Part shown: piece by piece, positions 21,421 through 30,878 of the stretch
Layout: each line of letters opens with the position of its first letter
Numbering within the stretch: the first letter of the stretch is position 1
Source of the DNA: Alphaproteobacteria bacterium
Lineage (GTDB): Bacteria; Pseudomonadota; Alphaproteobacteria; UBA828
Direction: 5' to 3'
DNA: 64,000 nucleotides
NCBI GenBank assembly: GCA_963422645.2
Contig: CAXXVO010000004.1
Span: 352,001-416,000, forward strand
The notes under the pieces: model-generated
What the model saw: the letters and a program-made list of their open reading frames with translations, nothing else
What the model was told of the DNA's origin: nothing
Database searches by the model: none
Position numbers and translations under genes: made by a program

Positions 21421-22200
21421 ATGACACAGCCCTTCGCGCTCGCGGCCTGCGCCGAGATGCTCTGGCCGGAGAAGCCCATCGAATGGCGCGTGCGCCGCTT
21501 GACCGAGCTCGGGTTCGGCGTCGGCCTCTGGAGCTGGCCGGATCTCGACCTGGATGCGCTGGAACGCTCGGGCGCGACCTTCACGATCATGAACGGCTAC
21601 TTGCAGGGCCGTCTCGCCGACGACGAGGGCACAGATGCGCTGCTCGCCAGCGCGCGGCAAACCGCGGCGGTCGGCAAGCGTCTCGGCGTCGCCCGGCTCA
21701 ACCTGCACGGAACCGCGCTGGGCGAGGGCGGGATTCCAATCCTCCAGTGCGATGCCGTCAGCGGCGCCATGTGGCTCAAGGCCCGCGACACGCTCAACCG
21801 GATCGCCGATCTCGGGGCGGAGCTGGGCGTGACCTTCACGCTCGAGAACCTGAACCCGACCGACCATCCGCGCTGCGCCTTTGGCGCCACGGCCGACGTG
21901 ATGGCGCTCGTCGCCTCGGTCGACAGGCCGGAGCTCAGGATCAACCTCGACCTCTATCACACGCAGATGGGCGAAGGAGACCTGATCGGCTGGTGCCGCC
22001 GCTGCCTGCCCTGGATCGGCGAGGTCCAGGTGGCCGATGTCCCCGGCCGCTGCGAGCCGGGGACCGGCGAAGTCAACTGGCCGGCCGTCGCGCGCGCGTT
22101 GAACGACATGGGCTATCGTGGCCCGGTCGGGATGGAGGCCTACGCCGCCGGCGATTCCGAGGCGGCGCTGGAGGCGTTCCGCCAGGCGTTCACGATCTGA
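21421..22200 (+). CDS. Hydroxypyruvate isomerase-like TIM-barrel (xylose isomerase-like) protein
   Basis: TLENLN, DLYHTQ, QVADVPGRCEPGTGEVNW, GMEA. Confidence 0.82.
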   Translation: MTQPFALAACAEMLWPEKPIEWRVRRLTELGFGVGLWSWPDLDLDALERSGATFTIMNGYLQGRLADDEGTDALLASARQTAAVGKRLGVARLNLHGTALGEGGIPILQCDAVSGAMWLKARDTLNRIADLGAELGVTFTLENLNPTDHPRCAFGATADVMALVASVDRPELRINLDLYHTQMGEGDLIGWCRRCLPWIGEVQVADVPGRCEPGTGEVNWPAVARALNDMGYRGPVGMEAYAAGDSEAALEAFRQAFTI

Positions 22201-22295
22201 GGCGTGCGGACCCGTCGGTCCGGTGGCGTTCGGCGCGTCATCCGCTAAGCTGAAGGAGGATTTGGGAGGTCGGACAGACAGGGAGGGTCTGAACC

Positions 22296-23111
22296 GTGGT
22301 GGATTTTATCGACAGAAATCGCAGGACAGTGGCCGACATGCGCGCGATGAAGGCCAGGGGCGAAAAGATCACGATGCTCTACGTCCAGACGCTGGAAGAG
22401 GCGGCGGCGGCGGACCAGGCCGGCATCGACATGCTCTCGATCGAAGAACGCTTCTTCTCGCCCGAAATGCGCGAGGCGGCGGGACGTTGCTTCGTACAAG
22501 TAGGCCTGCCCTACGGGCAGTTCGGCGACTACGTGACCGCCGAGGACTACTTGCGGGGGGCATTCCACCAAGTGCGCATGGGGGCCGATTGCATCTACTG
22601 CTCGGCGTCCTACGACATCCAGAAGCTCCTCTGCGACAACCACGTTCCGATCGTGGCCCACGTGGGCTTCGTCCCGGCCAACGTAACCTGGACCGGGTGG
22701 CGGGCCGTCGGCAAGACGGCAGCCGAGGCGCTGGCCGTCTGGAAGCACATCAAGCGGCTGGAGGCCGTTGGCGCCTTCGGCGCAGAACTCGAGGTTGTGC
22801 CGGACCGGGTCGGCGAGATGATTTCGAAGAACACCTCGATGCTCATGCTCGGCATGGGTGCGGGCCCCGGCGCGGACGCGCAGTACCTCTTCACCGAAGA
22901 CGTGCTGGGCCACACTTCCGGCCACAAGCCGCGCCACGCCAAGACCTACCGGAATTTCGCCGCCGAGTACGAACGGCTGCAGAACGAGCGCGTCGCCGCC
23001 TTCAAGGAGTTCATCGCCGACGTGCACTCCGGCGCCTACCCCGCGCCCGAGCACATCGTCCCCATCGCGGACGAGGAGTTCGAGGGGTTCCTCGCAGGCA
23101 TGGAGGACTGA
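22296..23111 (+). CDS. PanB-like (ketopantoate hydroxymethyltransferase family) protein
   Basis: TVADMRAMKARGEKITML, AHVGFVP, AVGK, ELEVVP, GAGPGADAQYL, DVLG, V..G.YP. The canonical LVGDSLG segment is absent. Confidence 0.8.
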   Translation: MVDFIDRNRRTVADMRAMKARGEKITMLYVQTLEEAAAADQAGIDMLSIEERFFSPEMREAAGRCFVQVGLPYGQFGDYVTAEDYLRGAFHQVRMGADCIYCSASYDIQKLLCDNHVPIVAHVGFVPANVTWTGWRAVGKTAAEALAVWKHIKRLEAVGAFGAELEVVPDRVGEMISKNTSMLMLGMGAGPGADAQYLFTEDVLGHTSGHKPRHAKTYRNFAAEYERLQNERVAAFKEFIADVHSGAYPAPEHIVPIADEEFEGFLAGMED

Positions 23112-23374
23112 AGCTCGCGAGGACGCGCTCATCGATTGGGGAGAAAGCGTCCGAGGAAGACCTCGCCTGGCGGCTCCGGCCCGCACAAGCTCGAGGAAGC
23201 CGGGAAACCGCTGTCTCGGTGATCTTCTTGTGATGGACAGGCGCTTTCGATAGCTTGCTCGGCGGTACGGCGCGTGTCACGCCTTGCACGGCGGCCCTTG
23301 CCCGGCCCGGCCGGCGGAGCAGGAGGAAGGCGTGAGGCATGCAGCCTGCGCGCCGCCGATCCGGGAGAGAGACG

Positions 23375-24394
23375 ATGGCGGAGACAACCCTCGGCACTCG
23401 TGACAAGCGCGGCAACTGGCGGCCGCCCTACATCATCCAGAAGCCGATCTTCATGACCTGGCCGCTCAAGCCGGTCGAGGTCCTCAAGTTCTTCTTCGGA
23501 TGGCCGGGCTACCTCTGGCCGTGGAACCTCCTCTTCTTCGCGTTCCCCGCGGTGGCGTGGTTCTACATGACACCGCCGCTGGCCGACATGCAGACCTTCG
23601 AGGCGTGGTGGATCGCCATCATCTTCGCCCGCAACCTAGGGTTCACGGTGCTCCTCTTCGGTGCCTGGCACCTGTGGTTCTACGTCTTCAAGGCCCAGGG
23701 CACGCACACCAAGTACACGCTTCGCCCGTTCGCCAAGAAGAACAAGGTGTTCGCCTTCAACAATCAGCTCGCGGACAACATCTTCTGGTGCTTAGGCAGC
23801 GGCGTGCCGATCTGGACGGCCTACGAGGTCGTTTCTCTGTGGGCCTTCGCCAACGGCTACGTGCCCTTCGTTGAGTTGCGCACGGACCCGGTGTGGTTCG
23901 TCATCTTCATGCTGCTGATCCCGCTAATCCGGGAGTTTCACTTCTACTTCGTGCATCGCCTGCTGCACTGGCGGCCGCTCTATGAGCTGGCCCACAAGGT
24001 GCATCACCGCAACGTCAATGTCGGACCATGGGCCGGCATGTCGATGCACCCGGTGGAGCACGTGCTCTACTTCTCGGGCGCACTGCTGCACTGGGTCGTT
24101 CCCTCGCACCCGCTGCACATGATGTTCCACCTGCACCACGCCTCCCTCTCGTCGCCCCAGGGCCACCACGGATTCGAGAGCTTCGGGCCTGAGGGCAAGT
24201 CCGTGACCTTCGGCGCCTACGGCCACTACCTCCACCACAAGTATTTCGAGTGCAACTACGGTGGCGGTGACGGCCTGATGATCTGGGACGCGCTGTTCGG
24301 CACCTGGCACGACGGCTCCGACGAGGCCCACGAGCGCATGAAGCGGCGCCTGGCCGAACGTAGCTGGGCGGAGAAGGCGGCGGGAGCCGCATAG
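23375..24394 (+). CDS. Sterol desaturase / fatty acid hydroxylase family membrane di-iron enzyme
   Basis: His boxes HRLLH, HKVHH, HLHH and HYLHH plus multiple TM segments. Confidence 0.88.
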   Translation: MAETTLGTRDKRGNWRPPYIIQKPIFMTWPLKPVEVLKFFFGWPGYLWPWNLLFFAFPAVAWFYMTPPLADMQTFEAWWIAIIFARNLGFTVLLFGAWHLWFYVFKAQGTHTKYTLRPFAKKNKVFAFNNQLADNIFWCLGSGVPIWTAYEVVSLWAFANGYVPFVELRTDPVWFVIFMLLIPLIREFHFYFVHRLLHWRPLYELAHKVHHRNVNVGPWAGMSMHPVEHVLYFSGALLHWVVPSHPLHMMFHLHHASLSSPQGHHGFESFGPEGKSVTFGAYGHYLHHKYFECNYGGGDGLMIWDALFGTWHDGSDEAHERMKRRLAERSWAEKAAGAA

Positions 24395-24685
24395 ACCCGC
24401 GATCGCCGGGTTGCCGGGGACGTTCTCGGCGCACTATCCCGAGGGGCGGGAACCGTCCGCCCGCGCCCTGCACTGGCAGGTCGAGTTCGGTTGGCCACCG
24501 TCAGCCTGATCCGTTCCCACCTAGTTGCCTGCTCGGAATGCGGGTTACCTCGTCCCCGACACGCGCGGCATCGACGCCGACGGCTGCGCTGGGGAGGGTC
24601 GCGGGCGCAACGCGTGTGGAAACGCCTCACCTGGGTTGCTATTCTGGTCGAGGCTAATCACAAACCGACTCAAGGGAGGAATATC

Positions 24686-25678
24686 ATGAGGAAGATAGTC
24701 TGCGCCCTCGCCGCCGCCGGTCTCGCGACCGCTGGGCTCGCGGCTACCGACGCGCAAGCCGAGGACGAGAGCTACAACTTCATCTTGGTGCATCACGCCG
24801 CCCCCGGACACCAGTTCTGGGAGATCGAGAAGAACGGCATGGAGGAGGCCTGCGCGCTCATCAACGCCGACTGCCAGATGGTGTTCCTGCAGACCCAGGA
24901 CGGCAACATCGGCGAGGTTCTGCAGAACCTGGAGGCCGCGGTCGAGCAGCAGCCCGACGGCATCGCCACCACCATCATGGACCCCGAGGCCTTCGACGGC
25001 ACGATCCAGCGCGCCATGGACCTGGGCATTCCCGTGGTCTCCTACAACGTCGACGACGCGGACGGCGCGGCGGGCAGTGCGCGGATGGGCTACATGGGCT
25101 CCAACCTCATCAAAGCCGGTTACACATTGGGCCTCGGAATATCCAAGTTCTTCCCCGAGGAAGGCCCGATTCACGTCCTCATCGGCACCAACGATCCCGG
25201 GCAGCAGTGGTCGCAGCATCGGACCCTGGGCGCCGAGATGTTCATGGAAGAGTATGCGGCGGCCAATCCGGGCCGCGATATTACGTGGGCCAACATCGAT
25301 GCCGGCTATGACCTTGGCGTGACCGGCGCCCGCGTGAGCTCATACATCCAGACCAATCCCAACACGACCGCCTATCTGGACAACGGGTTCTGGGAGGTCG
25401 GCGTGGCCCGCGCGCTGCGTGATCTCGGCTACGAGCCCGGACAGGTGCTGCTCGGCGGGTTCGACCTCAATACCTTCAAGCTCGAAGAGATGAAGGAGAA
25501 CTGGATCCAAGTCACGGTCGATCAGCAGCCCTACCTACAGGCGTTCCTCTCCGTCATGCAGCTCTACCTGCACAACAAGTACGGGCTGGGACATTGGAGC
25601 GTCGACACGGGCGAGCTGATCGTCACGCCCCAGACCGCGGACCAGGTCCTCGGGCTGTCGGCGCAGAACAAGCGCTAG
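24686..25678 (+). CDS. Sugar/polyol ABC transporter substrate-binding protein
   Basis: Signal peptide, QQPDGIATT, GIPVVSYN, GGFD, VDQQPYLQ. RBS AAGGGAGG upstream. Confidence 0.9.
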   Translation: MRKIVCALAAAGLATAGLAATDAQAEDESYNFILVHHAAPGHQFWEIEKNGMEEACALINADCQMVFLQTQDGNIGEVLQNLEAAVEQQPDGIATTIMDPEAFDGTIQRAMDLGIPVVSYNVDDADGAAGSARMGYMGSNLIKAGYTLGLGISKFFPEEGPIHVLIGTNDPGQQWSQHRTLGAEMFMEEYAAANPGRDITWANIDAGYDLGVTGARVSSYIQTNPNTTAYLDNGFWEVGVARALRDLGYEPGQVLLGGFDLNTFKLEEMKENWIQVTVDQQPYLQAFLSVMQLYLHNKYGLGHWSVDTGELIVTPQTADQVLGLSAQNKR

Positions 25679-25824
25679 GTGCGACGACTCAGGTTACCGG
25701 GAGAACCGGCAAGGGTCCGGGCGCCGCGTGCGCTGCCCGGGCCGCCGGCCCGATCCGCTCGCCGGACCCCGGGCAGCGTGACCGCCCGCCGGGACGCAGG
25801 TGCCATGATGGTTGCGGGAGTCAC

Positions 25825-26853
25825 ATGAAGGGCCTCGCGAAGACGGTCCTGTCACGGCCCGAGATCACCGCCCTCATGGTGATGATCGTGCTGGGCGCCA
25901 TCTTCTTCATTAACACGCCCGTGTTCCTGAGCGCGGGCAATTGGCGTGTGCTCTTCGGCATCATCCCCGAACTCGGCCTGCTGGCGCTGGGCGTCACCAT
26001 CCTGATGATCGCGGGTGAGTTCGACCTTTCCGTCGGTTCGATGTTCGCCTTGGGCGGTATGCTCCCGGTCCTCCTCAACCAGATGGGGGTCGACCCGTGG
26101 GCGTGCCTCGTCATCGCCACCCTGGCCGGCGCAAGCGTCGGCTATATCAACGCCTCCGTTACGCTGACCTTCGGCATTCCCTCCTTCATAACGACGCTGG
26201 GCATGATGTTCGCCGCGCGCTCGGTCTCCGTGGTCATCTCGGGCGGTCACATGCCGGTGTGGACCCCCGATCTGCCCGACAAGCTGTTCACCGGGGTCAT
26301 CGTCGAGGGAGGATTGTTCAGGGCTTCGTTCGTCTGGTACGCGGGCATCGCCATCGTGCTGGGGTGGATGCTGCATCGCACCAACTTCGGCAACTGGATC
26401 TTCGCCACCGGCGCCCACGTCCAATCGGCCCGGGACATGGGCATCAATACCCGGCGTGTGAAGACCGTGTGCTTCATGATCTGCTCAATGTGCGCCACAT
26501 GGGCTGGCATCTTCGCCGTGATGCGCTCCCACATGGGATTGCCCAATCAGGGCGAGACCTTCGAGCTTCAGGCCATCGCCGCTTCGGTCATCGGCGGCGT
26601 AGCGCTGTTCGGCGGCTTCGGCTCGATCCTCGGGCCCATCGTCGGCGCCTTCGTCATTCGCATGCTTGACAGCGGGCTGGTCATGGCGGGTGTCGGCGCG
26701 GGCTGGTTCAAGTTCGCGATCGGCGTCTTTCTGATCGCCGCCGTGGTGTTCAACCTGTACCTCATGCGGATCGGCCAGGGGATGCGGCTGGCCGAGCAAG
26801 AGGAGCGTGATGCCGAATCCGAGGACTCGAACGAACCGGAGGAGCGATCATGA
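25825..26853 (+). CDS. Sugar ABC transporter permease
   Basis: GEFDLSVGS, IPSFITTLG, ELQAIAASVIGG; hydrophobic overall. Confidence 0.92.
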   Translation: MKGLAKTVLSRPEITALMVMIVLGAIFFINTPVFLSAGNWRVLFGIIPELGLLALGVTILMIAGEFDLSVGSMFALGGMLPVLLNQMGVDPWACLVIATLAGASVGYINASVTLTFGIPSFITTLGMMFAARSVSVVISGGHMPVWTPDLPDKLFTGVIVEGGLFRASFVWYAGIAIVLGWMLHRTNFGNWIFATGAHVQSARDMGINTRRVKTVCFMICSMCATWAGIFAVMRSHMGLPNQGETFELQAIAASVIGGVALFGGFGSILGPIVGAFVIRMLDSGLVMAGVGAGWFKFAIGVFLIAAVVFNLYLMRIGQGMRLAEQEERDAESEDSNEPEERS

Positions 26854-27647
26854 CCGCTGAGACGCACGTGGCCGATGCGGCTTCGGAGGCATCGCCCGCG
26901 CCTGCCGCCGAGACCGACGAGCCGCTGATCCGCTGCTCCGGGCTCCACAAGTGGTACGGCGGTGTCCACGCTCTCAAGAACGTGGATCTCGACTTCGGGT
27001 ACAACGAGGTTCTCGGGCTGGTGGGTGACAACGGCGCCGGCAAGTCGACCCTGATCAAGATCCTTTCCGGTGCCCACCGCCAGGATTCTGGCGATATCTT
27101 CTTTCAGGGAAAGCGCGTCAGCTTCGCCTCGCCGCGAGAGGCCATGGATCTCGGCATCGAGACCATCTACCAGTACAACGCGCTCGCGCCCACGCTCTCC
27201 ATAGAGCGCAACATTTTCATCGGCCGCGAACCAATCACCGCCCGCATCGGCCGCATCGGCAACATGGACTTCCGCAAGATGGGGCGGGAGGCGATGGAGG
27301 CTCTGCGGGATGTCGGCCTCCACCTGCGCTCGCCCTCGACCCCGGTCGAAGAGCTTTCGGGCGGCGAGCGCCAGGGCGTCACCATCGCCCGCGCGATGTA
27401 CTTCAAGACCAAAGTGCTGATTCTCGACGAGCCGACGAACCACTTGTCGATCAAGGAAACCAACAAGGTGCTGGGCTGGGTTGAGGGACTGAAGGCTCAA
27501 GGCATCACCTCGGTCTTCATCACGCACAACCTGCACCACGTTTACCCCATTGCTGACCGCCTGTGCGTGCTCTCGCGCGGAGAGAAGGCGGCCGAGATGC
27601 CGAAGTCCGAGACCTCCATCGAGGAGCTCACGGATCTCATCGTCTGA
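26850..27647 (+). CDS. Sugar ABC transporter ATP-binding protein
   Basis: GDNGAGKST, LSGGERQ, ILDEPT, ITHN. Confidence 0.94.
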   Translation: MTAETHVADAASEASPAPAAETDEPLIRCSGLHKWYGGVHALKNVDLDFGYNEVLGLVGDNGAGKSTLIKILSGAHRQDSGDIFFQGKRVSFASPREAMDLGIETIYQYNALAPTLSIERNIFIGREPITARIGRIGNMDFRKMGREAMEALRDVGLHLRSPSTPVEELSGGERQGVTIARAMYFKTKVLILDEPTNHLSIKETNKVLGWVEGLKAQGITSVFITHNLHHVYPIADRLCVLSRGEKAAEMPKSETSIEELTDLIV

Positions 27648-27683
27648 CATGAAGCGCTGCAGGACTCGCCCGGACGCGGAACC

Positions 27684-28703
27684 GTGAAAGCACTGACCAA
27701 GCTCCTGCTGTCGCGACCCGAGATCGCCTCGATCGTCGTCGCGATCGCGCTCGCCGTGGGGCTCGGCCTCAGCGGCGAGCGCTTCATGACCGAGGGGAAC
27801 ATGCGCGTGATCCTGGCCATCGTGCCGGAGCTCGGGCTGATCGCGCTCGGCGCAGCGCTCCTCATGATCTCGGGCGAGTTCGACCTGTCGGTAGGCTCGG
27901 TGTTTGCGCTGGGGACAGTGATGCCCGTGATCCTCGTCGCCCAGTACGGCTTCGACCCGTGGCTCGGTTTCGCCGTCGCCACCGGAGGGGCGCTCCTCAT
28001 CGGCTACTTCAACGCATTCGTGACTCTTACCTTCCGCATACCCTCCTTCATCACGACGCTCGGCACCCTCTTCATCGTCCGCTCTGCCACGGTCGTCTTT
28101 TCGGGGGGCTACCCGCCGCGCTGGCCCAAGCACATGCCCGATTGGGTGTTCGTCGGCTATCTCACCGAGGGCGGTGTCGTGCGCGCGTCGCTGATCTGGT
28201 ACCTGGGCGTCGCAATCGTGCTCGGCTGGGTGCTGCATCGGACCAATTTTGGCAGTTGGATCTATGCGACCGGCTCCCACAAACAATCGGCCCAGGACAT
28301 GGGCATCGACGTGAGGCGGGTGAAGATGACCTGCTTCATGATCTGTTCGACGCTCGCGACCTGGGCAGGCATCCTTCAGGCCCTGCGCAGCCACTCGGCG
28401 TACCCGGCGGTAGGCAGCGGCTACGAAATGCAGGCGATCGCGGCCTGCGTGATTGGCGGCGTCGCGCTCTTCGGCGGCTTCGGCTCGATCCTGGCCCCGA
28501 TCATCGGCATCATCATCATCCGCATGGTCGACAACGGCGTGGTCATGGCGCGGGTCGATTCGGGCTGGTTCAAGCTCGTCATCGGCGCCCTGACGGTGGG
28601 TGCAGTGGTCTTGAACGTCTCCTTGCGCCGCCGTGCCGAACGCATCCGGCTCGAGGATGAAGCGGCTGCCGAGACCGAGGAAGCGCGGGAAGACCGGGCC
28701 TGA
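27684..28703 (+). CDS. Sugar ABC transporter permease (paralog of 25825-26853)
   Basis: GEFDLSVGS, IPSFITTLG, EMQAIAACVIGG. Confidence 0.92.
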   Translation: MKALTKLLLSRPEIASIVVAIALAVGLGLSGERFMTEGNMRVILAIVPELGLIALGAALLMISGEFDLSVGSVFALGTVMPVILVAQYGFDPWLGFAVATGGALLIGYFNAFVTLTFRIPSFITTLGTLFIVRSATVVFSGGYPPRWPKHMPDWVFVGYLTEGGVVRASLIWYLGVAIVLGWVLHRTNFGSWIYATGSHKQSAQDMGIDVRRVKMTCFMICSTLATWAGILQALRSHSAYPAVGSGYEMQAIAACVIGGVALFGGFGSILAPIIGIIIIRMVDNGVVMARVDSGWFKLVIGALTVGAVVLNVSLRRRAERIRLEDEAAAETEEAREDRA

Positions 28704-28804
28704 TACGCTTGGCCAGAGTCCGTCCGGCGGCGACTAAGCGCGGGAGCCGGCTTGCCGAGCACACTCCGAACCGACCGGTTCACCGCTGAGGTGAGGAACG
28801 AACC

Positions 28805-29809
28805 ATGACACAGAAGATCGGCTGGGGCCTGATCGGCGCCTCCCGCATCGCGGCGGATTGGATGATCGACGCGATCCGCGCCCAGGGAGACAGCGACGTC
28901 GTCGCGGTCATGAGCAGCGATCAGGAACGGGGCAATGCATACGCGCGCGAGCACGGCATCGAGCGCGCCTACGGCGATCTCGACGCGCTGCTCGCCGACC
29001 CCGACGTGGACGCGGTCTACATCAGCACCACCAACGAGCTCCACTGTTCGCAAACCGTCGCGGCCGCTGAAGCAGGCAAGCATGTGCTGTGCGAGAAGCC
29101 GCTCGCGCTTACCGTCGCCGACGGGCAGCGCATGGTGGACGCCTGCGCGGCGGCCGGCTTGCAGATGGGGACCAACCACCACCTGCGCAACACGGTGGGC
29201 CACCGCGCCATCCGCGACATCGTGAGGGAGGGACGCATCGGGCGCATTCTCTCGGCGCGCATCTGCTTCGCGGTCGTGCTGCCGGAGCGCTTCCACGACT
29301 GGCGCGTCCGCGATCGGGAGGGCGGCGGCCCGATCCTGGACCTCGGCGTGCACGTAGCCGACACGATGCGGTTCTTGCTCGACGACGAGCCCGGCGACGT
29401 CGTCGCCCAGTCGGTGAATCACGGCATGACCGTGGCGGGTCTGGAGGACGAGGCGATGTCGGTGGTGCGGCTGCGTGGCGGAGCGCTGGTCCATTTGTTT
29501 CAGTCCTGGGCGGCGACCTACACGGAGTCCGACATCGAGATCCTCGGCAGCGAGGGGTTCGTGCGCGCCCGGAACGCGATGATGCCGACCACGCGTGCCG
29601 AGGTGGTGCTCAGCACCGCGGCGGGCGAGACGACCCTCGATCTTGAGGACGAGCCCGTCTATGAGCGCGTCGTCCGCCTCTTCAACGGGGCGATTCGGGG
29701 CGACGGCGAGCCGTCCTGCACCGGTCGGGACGGCGTGCGCTCGCTTGCGCTCGCGCTCGCCACCCGCGAGGCGGCCGCAACCGGCACCCGCGTGGCGGTC
29801 GAGACCTGA
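28805..29809 (+). CDS. Gfo/Idh/MocA oxidoreductase, 1,5-anhydro-D-fructose reductase-like
   Basis: WGLIGAS, DAVYISTTNELH, KHVLCEKPLA, GTNHHLRN, GGG.ILD..VH. Confidence 0.88.
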   Translation: MTQKIGWGLIGASRIAADWMIDAIRAQGDSDVVAVMSSDQERGNAYAREHGIERAYGDLDALLADPDVDAVYISTTNELHCSQTVAAAEAGKHVLCEKPLALTVADGQRMVDACAAAGLQMGTNHHLRNTVGHRAIRDIVREGRIGRILSARICFAVVLPERFHDWRVRDREGGGPILDLGVHVADTMRFLLDDEPGDVVAQSVNHGMTVAGLEDEAMSVVRLRGGALVHLFQSWAATYTESDIEILGSEGFVRARNAMMPTTRAEVVLSTAAGETTLDLEDEPVYERVVRLFNGAIRGDGEPSCTGRDGVRSLALALATREAAATGTRVAVET

Positions 29810-29810
29810 A

Positions 29811-29900
29811 GGCGCGGCCCAGCGGCTCTTTGGCATCGTCCTGGGCTACGAGGACCTGACCGACCACGACGCGGTGTGTCGCGATCCTGTGCTTGGGCTA
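29811..29900 (+). pseudogene. IS1380-family transposase remnant (about 30 codons)
   Basis: Intergenic frame reads AAQRLFGIVLGYEDLTDHDAVCRDPVLGL, resembling the QR..GI.LGYED.NDHD.LR.DP motif of IS1380 transposases. Confidence 0.7.
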
Positions 29901-29945
29901 GAGTGGACAGGTCACGAACGCGGACCGGATCGAGGAGGACTCGCC

Positions 29946-30338
29946 ATGTTGAAACGGCACAACCCCGCCACCGTCGTCGAGGCCTTTGGCGGCGGCTACA
30001 GCCAAGCGCTCGAAATCCCCGCAGGCGCCCGGCTCCTCTATACCGCAGGCCAGGTGGGCGTGGCGCCTGACGGCACGACGGCAGACGGCTTCGCCGCCCA
30101 GGCCGATCAGACTTGGGCCAACGTCCTCGCGCTGCTCGCCGAGGGCGGCATGGGCGTCGAGGACATCGTCAAGATCACCGGCTACATCGTCGGCCACGAA
30201 AACTTCCCGGCCTACGCGGCAGCGCGCAAGAAAGCGCTCGGCGGCATCCGCCCGGCATCGACCGCAATCATCGTGCCGGCGCTCGCGCTCCCCGAATGGC
30301 TGGTGGAGATCGAGGCGGTGGCTGCGAAGGTGGACTGA
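29946..30338 (+). CDS. RidA/YjgF family protein
   Basis: YSQA, AGQVG, IVKITGY, RPAST, LVEIEAVA. RBS GAGGAGG upstream. Confidence 0.9.
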   Translation: MLKRHNPATVVEAFGGGYSQALEIPAGARLLYTAGQVGVAPDGTTADGFAAQADQTWANVLALLAEGGMGVEDIVKITGYIVGHENFPAYAAARKKALGGIRPASTAIIVPALALPEWLVEIEAVAAKVD

Positions 30339-30380
30339 GCGGGCGCGCTGCAGGGCGCTGGCTGCAGGAGGAGAGGGACC

Positions 30381-30755
30381 ATGGTAACGCCATCCATGCA
30401 ATTGATCGGCGAGGCGCTGGCCGAGATCGCCAGCATCTCGGTGGACGAGGCGCTGACGCTCGTGGACGGCGGGGATGCAGTCTTCGTCGATGTGCGCGAG
30501 CGGGCCGAGCACGATGCCGGCGCCATCGCCGGCGCCGTGGCCGCGCCGCGCGGCTTCCTGGAGTTCATCGCCGACCCCACCTCGCCGATGCATAGCGCCG
30601 CGCTCTCGTCGGGCAAGCGGCTGGTGATCTATTGCGCCTCCGGCGGGCGCTCCGCGCTCGCCGCCAAGACGTTGCAGGACATAGGGTATTCGGGGGTCGC
30701 GAACCTTAGCGGCGGCTTCCAGGCCTGGACCGAGGCCGGCGGCCCCACCGAATGA
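30381..30755 (+). CDS. Rhodanese-like single-domain sulfurtransferase
   Basis: VDVRE, PRGFLEF, YCASGGRS active-site loop, LSGGFQAW. Confidence 0.9.
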   Translation: MVTPSMQLIGEALAEIASISVDEALTLVDGGDAVFVDVRERAEHDAGAIAGAVAAPRGFLEFIADPTSPMHSAALSSGKRLVIYCASGGRSALAAKTLQDIGYSGVANLSGGFQAWTEAGGPTE

Positions 30756-30770
30756 CGCCGGGAGCGTCGG

Positions 30771-30878
30771 GCGGAACGACCGCATCATGAATGAGTGCGG
30801 AACGACCGCATCATGAATGAGTGCGGAACGACCGCATCATGAATGAGTGCGGAACGACCGCATCATGACTGAGTGCGG
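30771..30878. repeat. 26-bp tandem repeat, 4 copies plus a partial copy
   Basis: Unit GCGGAACGACCGCATCATGAATGAGT starts at 30771, 30797, 30823 and 30849 (the last has one mismatch). No spacers. Confidence 0.95.

Noticed and set aside
30771-30878. Possible CRISPR array
   Set aside because: The units are head-to-tail with no spacers, and no cas genes are in the window.
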